DNA from: Candidatus Ozemobacteraceae bacterium
GTDB taxonomy: Bacteria > Muiribacteriota > Ozemobacteria > Ozemobacterales > Ozemobacteraceae
Reading direction: 5' to 3'
NCBI GenBank assembly: GCA_965140445.1
Contig: OZ223236.1
Span: 5,024,001-5,088,000 of the forward strand
DNA: 64,000 nucleotides
Numbering within the stretch: the stretch's first letter is position 1; each line of letters starts with the position of its first letter. Made by a program: the position numbers and the translations under genes. Positions 41,003 through 48,747 of the stretch are shown here, in pieces. The notes beneath the pieces were generated by a model. That model saw only the letters and a list, made by a program, of their open reading frames with translations, had not been told where the DNA came from and searched no databases.

Positions 41003-41149
41003 ATGAGCAAACAAAAAAACAGTTCTAATGTTCTTCGACCAGAGTGCCGCGAATGCAGCAGATATAAAATAATGAAGTTCCCGTGTGACAAGGAAGCATG
41101 CATTCTCAATAGTTCTCCGCAAAAGCCAGGATGGCTGAACCTGTCATAA
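41003..41149 (+). CDS. Small four-cysteine protein (48 aa), unannotated
   Basis: GGAGG RBS 6 nt before ATG; MSKQKNSSNVLRPECRECSRYKIMKFPCDKEACILNSSPQKPGWLNLS; below the ORF-track size cutoff. Confidence 0.6.
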   Translation: MSKQKNSSNVLRPECRECSRYKIMKFPCDKEACILNSSPQKPGWLNLS

Positions 41150-41158
41150 AAAATTGAC

Positions 41159-41186
41159 AAAAAAAAAACTGAGACCTAGGTCCCAG
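41159..41186 (-). terminator. Rho-independent terminator, minus strand
   Basis: CUGGGAC-cuag-GUCUCAG plus U10; the G-U pair works only on the minus strand. Confidence 0.75.
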
Positions 41187-41291
41187 AACAGAAGCTCCCT
41201 TTAAGGAGAATTTTTCTCTCTACTTTACAAACCTCTCACTTTGTCCCGAACTCTTTTTGAGTTTCAGACAAAGCCGTGGTTGTACACCCAC
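41159..41291 (-). ncRNA. Candidate structured small RNA (~130 nt)
   Basis: Minus-strand TTGCGG-N16-TATAAT promoter (41325-41298), long hairpin 41239-41273, terminator hairpin with U10; no ATG-initiated ORF inside. Confidence 0.5.
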
Positions 41292-41395
41292 AACTTCATT
41301 ATATTGTTTTTTTTTAAAACCGCAAATTTGCTTATTTTCTGAAATCAGACCATCTCTGTGGTAGTATTGGTGAACGCAAATTTTGAGGTGAGATA

Positions 41396-42226
41396 ATGAG
41401 TTTTCTTGAACAAACTGGGGCTGTTAATATAAAAGACAGTCGCATTTCCTTTATAGAAATTGGTAAAGGGGAGCCCATTCTTTTTCTACATGGAAACCCT
41501 GGTACCAAAAGAGATTTTCAAGAAGTCAGCAAAAACTTAGCCAAAGAAGGCTATAAGTGCTTTTGCCTTGATCGCCCTGGTCACATGAACAGTGAAGAAT
41601 TAATTCCGGAAACTCCGGACAATTGGCTTGATGCTGACGTATTTGCAGAATTCATTGACAAAAAGTGCTCAGGAAAGGCAATTTTAGTTGGCTATTCTCT
41701 CGGAAGTTTTCTGGCCTCAAAAGTTGCAATCAAATATCCCGAAAAAGTTAAAAAGCTTGTTTTCGTTTGCCCATTTGTAACCCCAAATGACAAAAATGAA
41801 ACTCCAAGCTCAATTCCACAGCTATCAAAAAATCCTTTGCTAGGAACCATTCTTGGAATTCTTCTTCCACTTCTAAGCCCCCCAAAAATGAAAAAACACC
41901 TTCAAAATGTCTTTCATCCAGAAGAGGTCAGCGAAGAATTCCTTGAAGCTTATTTGCCAAGATATACAAGGTTTGAGTCACTGCTTGCTACAATCAGCGA
42001 TAAAAACTCAATGCTTGAGATACTTTCAGAGGTTCACGAGAAATTAGCTCAAATAGAATGCAACACAATCGTTATTTCAGGGCTAAAAGATTCAGTTTGC
42101 TCCGCAGAGGAACAAAACCAGTTACTAAAAGAGAACCTTAAAAATGTAAAAATAGTTGAAATTGAAGATGGCGGTCACGGGCTGCCATTTACCCATGCTG
42201 AAAAAATAGCAGAACTAATTAAATAA
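41396..42226 (+). CDS. Alpha/beta fold hydrolase
   Basis: FLHGNPG, DRPGH, GYSLG, C-terminal GGHG; GAGGTG RBS. Confidence 0.9.
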   Translation: MSFLEQTGAVNIKDSRISFIEIGKGEPILFLHGNPGTKRDFQEVSKNLAKEGYKCFCLDRPGHMNSEELIPETPDNWLDADVFAEFIDKKCSGKAILVGYSLGSFLASKVAIKYPEKVKKLVFVCPFVTPNDKNETPSSIPQLSKNPLLGTILGILLPLLSPPKMKKHLQNVFHPEEVSEEFLEAYLPRYTRFESLLATISDKNSMLEILSEVHEKLAQIECNTIVISGLKDSVCSAEEQNQLLKENLKNVKIVEIEDGGHGLPFTHAEKIAELIK

Positions 42227-42236
42227 TAGTTTCCAT

Positions 42237-42890
42237 TTATTTACTGTATTTCTCAAGCGCAGCTTTTAAAAGAGCTTGCGCTTGTTTATCTTTAGGAGAG
42301 ATTTTTGTATAGGTCATTAAAATAGAGGCTGCTGAAGCATTATAATTTTGATCCAAAAGATTCTTTGCATAGTTAAATCCCACAGCTGAAAAATATCCCC
42401 GATCTCTTCTTGCGTTAGCCTCAAATTCTTTCCAGGCAAGATCATAATAGCCCCCCTGAAAAAGATCATCTATCTTTTTCTGACTCTCACGTATTGCAGC
42501 TCCACGATCAACTTCAACAAATCCTGATTCGGCTTTCAAATATCCTGGAGCAGTATTACGAGCAAGCTCCATCAGGCGAGCGGCCTCTTCCTTTTTTCCA
42601 CGAGCAAATCTAATATTTGCTTCAGCAATAAGAGCGTCAGCCTTTTGCTTTTTCTTATTAGTTATTCGAGACTTTTCAACGAACTCAGTTGGTACATTGT
42701 TTAGCTTAATTTCAAATGGCGAAGGCGGTATTTCTGGTTCCGTAATAATTTCAAAAGCTCTCCAAACTGACAGTCCAATAATTATAAAAATCAAAAATCT
42801 GGTAAGTTCCATTAAGATTTTTTCAGAACCAAAACCCTTGTCAACAGGCTTTTCCTTGGATGGATTCCCCAGTCTCTTGATTCCTGACAA
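42237..42890 (-). CDS. Membrane-anchored TPR-like hypothetical protein
   Basis: One TM segment then TPR-like helical pairs; TTG start uncertain. Confidence 0.65.
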   Translation of the reverse strand: MSGIKRLGNPSKEKPVDKGFGSEKILMELTRFLIFIIIGLSVWRAFEIITEPEIPPSPFEIKLNNVPTEFVEKSRITNKKKQKADALIAEANIRFARGKKEEAARLMELARNTAPGYLKAESGFVEVDRGAAIRESQKKIDDLFQGGYYDLAWKEFEANARRDRGYFSAVGFNYAKNLLDQNYNASAASILMTYTKISPKDKQAQALLKAALEKYSK

Positions 42891-42985
42891 AATAATTAAT
42901 CCTTTTTTTCTTTACCTGAGAGCTAATTCATTTATACTACATATTAGTCTTCCAGACTAATCAAATTCAATCTCATTGAGGGCAC

Positions 42986-44062
42986 ATGTCAATAAATTTG
43001 AAAGACTATATTCAATATCAGAAACCACAAGTAAACATGCTAAAGGCCCTAACATTGCCTCTAATTGCAGCTGTTTACAATTTTGGTTGGCGAGCAGCGC
43101 TTTGCGTTTCTTTTTCAATGTTTACTTGCTGGCTAATCGAATACCTTTTCACCAGGCGCGATAAAAAACCTGCTTCAGCTGCCGCATTAGTAACCGGAAT
43201 GATTTTTGGACTGATTCTTCCACCAAACATACCCTTCTGGCAAATTTTTGTTGGAGGAGCTTTCGGTATAATTTTCGGAAAAATGGTATTTGGAGGCTTT
43301 GGAAAAAACGTCTTCAACCCGGCAATGGTAGCAAGATGTTTCCTTTACATTTGCTTTCCTGCAACAATGGCCGCAACATGGTATTCTCCTTTTGTTGGCG
43401 CTCCAGCTGGATTCGCAAAGTTTTCTCCTGATACAGTCAGAATGAAGACAGCCGATGTCGACTCCAGCTTTCTAAAAATAGACGGAGTTACAAGCGCAAC
43501 AACCTTAACTGCAACAAAAAAGCTTAATGCTTTTTATAGAGAAGCCAAATTAGCTTCTGATACTGCAAAACAAACTCAAGCAATCCAGGCCTACTCTAAT
43601 ATTTCCATAAAGAAAATCTTTCTGGGAAACATTAACGGGTCTATGGGAGAAACTAGTGCAATTTTAATTTTACTTGCCCTGGTTTTCCTCATTTACAACA
43701 AAATAGTGTTTATACCGCTTGTTGTTGGCCCATTTTTGGGGATATTTATAGGCAAGCTACTTCTTCACGGCATGGGATTTGACTTGATGCCATTTTTCAA
43801 GGATTTCCTGGTTAGCATATTTGCCGGCGGCACCATATTTGCTGCGACTTTTATGATAACAGAACCTATTTCTGCGCCAATGAATAATAAAGCACGATGG
43901 ATTTATGCCGCCCTGATTGGCTTCCTTGCCACAATAATTAGAAGTCTATCTGCTTTTAACGCAGGCTTCATGTTTGCAATTCTTCTTGGAAACACATTCG
44001 GCCCACTAATTGAAATTGGCTATGTTGAATGGGACAAAAAGAACAAGGAGAAGAAAGCATGA
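42986..44062 (+). CDS. nqrB: RnfD/NqrB family membrane subunit
   Basis: KMVFGGFGKNVFNPAMVAR, FMN site DGVTSATTL, GSMGETS, FMITEP. Confidence 0.85.
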   Translation: MSINLKDYIQYQKPQVNMLKALTLPLIAAVYNFGWRAALCVSFSMFTCWLIEYLFTRRDKKPASAAALVTGMIFGLILPPNIPFWQIFVGGAFGIIFGKMVFGGFGKNVFNPAMVARCFLYICFPATMAATWYSPFVGAPAGFAKFSPDTVRMKTADVDSSFLKIDGVTSATTLTATKKLNAFYREAKLASDTAKQTQAIQAYSNISIKKIFLGNINGSMGETSAILILLALVFLIYNKIVFIPLVVGPFLGIFIGKLLLHGMGFDLMPFFKDFLVSIFAGGTIFAATFMITEPISAPMNNKARWIYAALIGFLATIIRSLSAFNAGFMFAILLGNTFGPLIEIGYVEWDKKNKEKKA

Positions 44063-44700
44063 TTCAGAAAGTAAAAATCGTCCTTTTTTCTGTTGTTGTT
44101 ACTGCAATTTTCACACTCCTGGTTAGCGGAGTAAATAGTGCGTTAAAAGAAAAAACAGCGATAAACAGGATGGTTGCAAAACAAAAAGTTATTGTGGGCT
44201 TATTTGGAATAGCTACGGACACAAAAAACCTGCAAGAAAGCCTAATCCCGCAATTGTTTGCAGATAAGATTGAACCAGTTCAACTTCCAGCTTCTGCCTC
44301 CAAAAAGCTTGAGGTTTACAAACTAAAAAACTCTCAAACAGGCAAATTTGTTTTCTCGTTTTCCGGACAAGGTTTTTGGGATCAAATATATGGGTTTATG
44401 GCAATTGACCTTGAAGCCCAGAAAATAGATGGAATAGAATTCACCCAACATGGAGAAACCCCCGGATTGGGAGGAAGAATCAGCGAAAAGGAATTTAAAG
44501 CCAGATTCATAAATAAACCCATAAATGATATTCGTTCTGATGGTTTAAGACTTAAATTTATGGCCGAAGGAACAGCCAAAAAAACAAATGAAATTGATGG
44601 AATCACCGGAGCAACAGGAACTACAGTTGCTCTAGAAAAAATCGTAAATAAATCAATTGATGGTTTTGTTGCCCTTAAGATTTGGGGAGAAAAACAATGA
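44059..44700 (+). CDS. nqrC: RnfG/NqrC FMN-binding subunit
   Basis: GQGFWDQI, ETPGLGG, DGITGAT; ATGA overlap with nqrB. Confidence 0.85.
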   Translation: MIQKVKIVLFSVVVTAIFTLLVSGVNSALKEKTAINRMVAKQKVIVGLFGIATDTKNLQESLIPQLFADKIEPVQLPASASKKLEVYKLKNSQTGKFVFSFSGQGFWDQIYGFMAIDLEAQKIDGIEFTQHGETPGLGGRISEKEFKARFINKPINDIRSDGLRLKFMAEGTAKKTNEIDGITGATGTTVALEKIVNKSIDGFVALKIWGEKQ

Positions 44701-45305
44701 CACACGCAAAAGGAACCGATGCCTTTAAAAAAATGGTCTGGGAAGATAATCCGGTAATTGGACAGATCCTGGGAATTTGTTCTGCTCTTGCAGTAACCAA
44801 TCTTGTGAAAAACACTTTCGTAATGTGCCTTGGCTTATTATTTACTCTGGCAACTTCATGTGTAACCGTTTCATTAATGCGAAACATCATACCCAGAAGA
44901 ATCCGAATGATAATCCAGGTTTTGATCATTGCAGCATATGTAATTGTTATTAAAATACTTTTAGATGCATACCTACCAGAGATAAGTAAAGAACTTGGGC
45001 CTTACGTTGGCTTAATTATAACCAACTGTATCGTAATGGGAAGAACCGAGGGCTATGCAATGGCAAATAAGCCTTGGGATGCTCTTCTTGACGGACTTGG
45101 AGCTGGAATTGGATATTCAATGGTTTTATTACCCATAGCTATGATTAGAGAACCATTAGGACTAGGTAGCTTCTTCGGCTATCAAATCATCCCAGCAGGC
45201 TGGACAAAGTGGAATTTAATGGTAATTGCCCCAAGCGGCTTTTTTGCCCTGGCCATTTACATCTGGATAGCAAGAGCCTTTAACTTTGGCTCTAGTAAAA
45301 AGTAA
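44697..45305 (+). CDS. nqrD: RnfE/NqrD membrane subunit
   Basis: QILGICSALAVT, VGLIITNCIVMGR (NqrD-type). Confidence 0.88.
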   Translation: MTHAKGTDAFKKMVWEDNPVIGQILGICSALAVTNLVKNTFVMCLGLLFTLATSCVTVSLMRNIIPRRIRMIIQVLIIAAYVIVIKILLDAYLPEISKELGPYVGLIITNCIVMGRTEGYAMANKPWDALLDGLGAGIGYSMVLLPIAMIREPLGLGSFFGYQIIPAGWTKWNLMVIAPSGFFALAIYIWIARAFNFGSSKK

Positions 45306-45315
45306 GGAGGAGTTT

Positions 45316-45915
45316 ATGGATATTCAAAATGTACACCCATTTGTAATTTTCTTCGCTGCCATCACTACCAACAACATCCTCCTCACAAACTTCCTTGGGA
45401 TGTGTTCATTTCTTGCGGTTTCAAAGGATCTTAAAAGCTCTATCGGGCTCGGCGGGGCAGTTATCTTTGTCTCGACCTTTACCGCACCATTGAACTGGCT
45501 TGTTTACCATAAACTGCTTGTCCCATTTGAACTCGAATACCTTCAATACATTGCTTTTATTATCGTAATCGCCGCATTCGTTCAAATTATCGAAATGATA
45601 ATAGAAAGAACCAGCACCCTGTTATATCTATCGCTAGGAATCTTTCTTCCATTGATAACTGTAAATTGCGCCATTCTTGGTTGTGCGCTTTTCCTGGTGA
45701 TTCGCCAGTATTCACTCATTCAGTCAGTAGCCTATGGACTTGGGTCAGGCACCGGCTGGGCTTTAGCTATTGCAGCACTGGCAGGAATAAGAACCAAAAT
45801 GGAAAAGAAATCAAAAGTAATTCCAGAACTTGAAGGCCCCGGAATAGCTCTAATTATCACTGGTATTATAGCTATGGCCTTTATCGGATTCTCCGGAATT
45901 GTAAGAATAAATTAA
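45316..45915 (+). CDS. nqrE: RnfA/NqrE membrane subunit
   Basis: FLGMCSFLAVSK, LGIFLPLITVNCAILG; AAGGAGG RBS. Confidence 0.88.
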   Translation: MDIQNVHPFVIFFAAITTNNILLTNFLGMCSFLAVSKDLKSSIGLGGAVIFVSTFTAPLNWLVYHKLLVPFELEYLQYIAFIIVIAAFVQIIEMIIERTSTLLYLSLGIFLPLITVNCAILGCALFLVIRQYSLIQSVAYGLGSGTGWALAIAALAGIRTKMEKKSKVIPELEGPGIALIITGIIAMAFIGFSGIVRIN

Positions 45916-45926
45916 AGGGAACGGTA

Positions 45927-47027
45927 ATGTCACAAATATTAGTTGCAACTGCTGTTTTAAGTGGATTGAGCGGAGTCCTTACAATCCTTTTACTGATAGT
46001 AGAGTATTTTTTCGCCAGCTATGGCGAATGTGAAATAAATGTAAATGATGGAGAAAAGCTCTACAAATTAGAAGGTGGAGCCAGTCTGCTCTCTAGTCTT
46101 GCTCAACAAAAACTTTTTCTCCCTTCTGGCTGTGGGGGGAAGGGTAGCTGCGGTACCTGTAAGTGCAAAGTTATCGACGGTGCTGGTCCGCTACTTCCTA
46201 CTGAAATCCCATACCTCACCGAAGAAGAAAAAAAGAACGGAACCAGACTTTCCTGCCAGATAAAAGTAAAAAATGATATTAAGATTTCAGTCCCGGATGA
46301 ACTGCTTAGCATTAAAGAATTTGATACAACAATTGAAAGAATAACCGACTACACTCACGACATCAAAGGTATTAGATTTAAGCTTCCCGAAGGTGAGAAA
46401 ATTAAGTTTAAAGCCGGGCAATTTGTTAATCTTTTTTCAAAGCCATATGATGAAGTTAGAGAAGAAACCTCCAGAGCCTATTCAATTAGCTCGGCTCCTT
46501 CTGACAATGAAGCCATTGAACTGGTCATTAGATACGTTCCAAATGGAATGGTTACAACCTATGTATTTAATCACCTCAAAGAGGGCGATAAAGCTCGACT
46601 AATAGGCCCATTTGGAGAATTTTTTCTCAGAGATTCTGAGAGAGAATTGGTGTGTATCGCTGGAGGCTCTGGTTTAGCTCCAATTAGAAGCATAATTCTA
46701 GATATGATTGATAGAAATATCACCAATCGAAAAGCTACCTTCTTCTTTGGTGCAGTTACTCAGAAAGACCTTTACTACCTCGAAGAACTTAAAGAACTTG
46801 AGAAGAAACATTCCTGGTTCAAATTTGTACCTGCTCTCTCAAATGATAAGTCGGACCACCCGTTTGAAAATGGACTTATTACAGATGTAGTAGCACGCCA
46901 TTATGAAAAGCTGGATAACCATGAAGGCTACCTATGCGGAAGCCCTGGCATGATAGGTGCCTGCGAAAAGGTTTTAACCGGCAAAGGAATGCCCGCAGAA
47001 TTAATTTTTTACGATAAATTCTCATAA
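45927..47027 (+). CDS. nqrF: NqrF-like membrane-anchored 2Fe-2S/FAD NAD(P)H oxidoreductase
   Basis: N-terminal TM; CGGKGSCGTCKC...RLSCQ; RAYS; AGGSGLAP; YLCGSPGM. Confidence 0.85.
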   Translation: MSQILVATAVLSGLSGVLTILLLIVEYFFASYGECEINVNDGEKLYKLEGGASLLSSLAQQKLFLPSGCGGKGSCGTCKCKVIDGAGPLLPTEIPYLTEEEKKNGTRLSCQIKVKNDIKISVPDELLSIKEFDTTIERITDYTHDIKGIRFKLPEGEKIKFKAGQFVNLFSKPYDEVREETSRAYSISSAPSDNEAIELVIRYVPNGMVTTYVFNHLKEGDKARLIGPFGEFFLRDSERELVCIAGGSGLAPIRSIILDMIDRNITNRKATFFFGAVTQKDLYYLEELKELEKKHSWFKFVPALSNDKSDHPFENGLITDVVARHYEKLDNHEGYLCGSPGMIGACEKVLTGKGMPAELIFYDKFS

Positions 47028-47043
47028 TTTAAGGAGCTTAACA

Positions 47044-47493
47044 ATGAAACAGACTCCCGAATTAGACCGCATACAGCAAAAAATGAAACCTGGAGTTCTT
47101 ACCCTTAAAGGGTTTCTTGGAACAGATGATCGAAAGCTTTCAGATATTATTCGCCAAGACATGCTTACTGTAAGCAAACTTGAGCTGGATACTGAAGAAG
47201 TTTGCAATAAACTTCAGGAGCTTGCCGACAAAGGCACCGATCTAATGGAACAAGAAGTGATTGTAAACGACAGATACCATATTAGAGTTAGAGACGATAG
47301 AGGCAAGCTCCCAAGTCCATGGGGAGATGGTTTATTTGAAAAGGGTGACGTTGAATTATTTGATTCTAAAACTCAAATCAAAATTAAATGGAATAAGCTT
47401 ACCCTTCAGCTGATAAAAGCACACTCTTTCTTTGGCGGCAAAGGAAGTGAATACAGAATTAACCCGGCAGATCTTCCTAAACTTCTGGACTGA
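47044..47493 (+). CDS. Hypothetical protein at the end of the nqr-like operon
   Basis: AAGGAG RBS 16-nt gap after nqrF, upstream of a strong terminator. Confidence 0.8.
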   Translation: MKQTPELDRIQQKMKPGVLTLKGFLGTDDRKLSDIIRQDMLTVSKLELDTEEVCNKLQELADKGTDLMEQEVIVNDRYHIRVRDDRGKLPSPWGDGLFEKGDVELFDSKTQIKIKWNKLTLQLIKAHSFFGGKGSEYRINPADLPKLLD

Positions 47494-47544
47494 AAAATAA
47501 TCAAAGGCAAACCGCGCCAACGACATAAAAAAATAGCGCAAAAT

Positions 47545-47580
47545 AAAAGATCCCCCGGTTTTCACCGGGGGATCTTTTTT
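47545..47580. terminator. Bidirectional rho-independent terminator
   Basis: aaaagatcccccggt-tttc-accgggggatctttttt between convergent genes. Confidence 0.92.
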
Positions 47581-47609
47581 AAGCAGATGAGTAAATTTTT
47601 AGACTTTCT

Positions 47610-48503
47610 TTAGAAGTCGTTGATCATGTCAACAAAGTCTGGGCGATCAACAAATGGATTTCTGTTATGCTGATAGTTTTCGATTCTGTCGTTTCTTTTT
47701 CTTTCTGCGTCAGTGACAGGATCTTCTTTGTGCCATTGTCTGAGAACCTTTTCTTCCTGAGGAGGAATTGGCATTCTATAGCGAACTGAGAAGTAAAATT
47801 TACCTCTTGCTGTGTCGCCTCTTTGTTCTGGCCTTACTTCAAAAACATGTTTGTCAGTCTTACTTCCGCCCTGTTCCCAGGTAGGATGACTAACGTTTCC
47901 AAAAGGATTATTTCCACGAATTCCGTTAGCTTTTGAATCTGATGGAAAAAGATGATGCAAATCACACTTAGCAATTCCAGTAGCACCCTGAGATTGAGGC
48001 CATGTGTGTTCAATATTCATATTAGTAGCTGAAGGTTCACAGTTGGTTTTTAATTTTCTTCCAGTGTAAACACATTCTACATAACCATCATGATTATCAA
48101 TATCTGTAAAAACGATATCCTGAGCACTCTGATAACCAACGGATACATGGTTATTAATTTTTCTATATAGTTCTTCTTTTAGTCCATCGTTACGTGAATT
48201 GGCACAGTCAGCATAAAAATCGCCAGCAGCGTCAAGATCTGGAACCAAAAGCTTTCCATTTTCGTCTACAGGGTCAGTTTCTCTGGCTGAAAGATAAGAA
48301 TAAAGAGTCTTTACATCAGCTCTGAGTTTAAAAAGATCAGTTTGAGCCCTTGGCATTCTCTGCTCAAGTTCATCAAGTTGCAACATCATTTCTTTATAAA
48401 GTTGCTCTGGTGATCTGGCCTTAATATTAGCCGCAGATACCATTGTTCCAACCAGGAACAATCCAATAATCAATACAAATAAAGCTGTCTTCTGTCTAAA
48501 CAT
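47610..48503 (-). CDS. Secreted endonuclease I family nuclease
   Basis: Signal peptide; NIEHTWPQS, DLHHLFP, RGDTAR, WHKEDPV, NRNPFVD. Confidence 0.92.
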   Translation of the reverse strand: MFRQKTALFVLIIGLFLVGTMVSAANIKARSPEQLYKEMMLQLDELEQRMPRAQTDLFKLRADVKTLYSYLSARETDPVDENGKLLVPDLDAAGDFYADCANSRNDGLKEELYRKINNHVSVGYQSAQDIVFTDIDNHDGYVECVYTGRKLKTNCEPSATNMNIEHTWPQSQGATGIAKCDLHHLFPSDSKANGIRGNNPFGNVSHPTWEQGGSKTDKHVFEVRPEQRGDTARGKFYFSVRYRMPIPPQEEKVLRQWHKEDPVTDAERKRNDRIENYQHNRNPFVDRPDFVDMINDF

Positions 48504-48747
48504 AATCAGTCTCCCTTGTTAATCATACTCATCTACTTATAGGGTAAAACTAAAATCCCAGTCGAGATTGTTTTTCAATTATGACAGATGATAATAATTC
48601 ACGCAAGAGTACATTATAAAATTTGTAACAAAACCTATTTTTAACCGTAGAACATACGACTAAAGATGATTTTTTTCCTTCCTTAGGGTTAATAATGTAT
48701 AATGGTTGTCATACATACCAATTAGAACTTCTATTGGAGTCTTCTCA

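Noticed and set aside
41003..41291. Type I toxin-antitoxin interpretation of the microprotein/sRNA pair
   Set aside because: The peptide has no hydrophobic helix and the predicted RNA does not overlap the CDS; retained only as a general antisense possibility
47500..47545. GGCAAACC...GCGCAAA resembling a c-di-GMP-I riboswitch
   Set aside because: No GAAA-capped P2 stem or P3, and it lies at a 3' end between convergent genes
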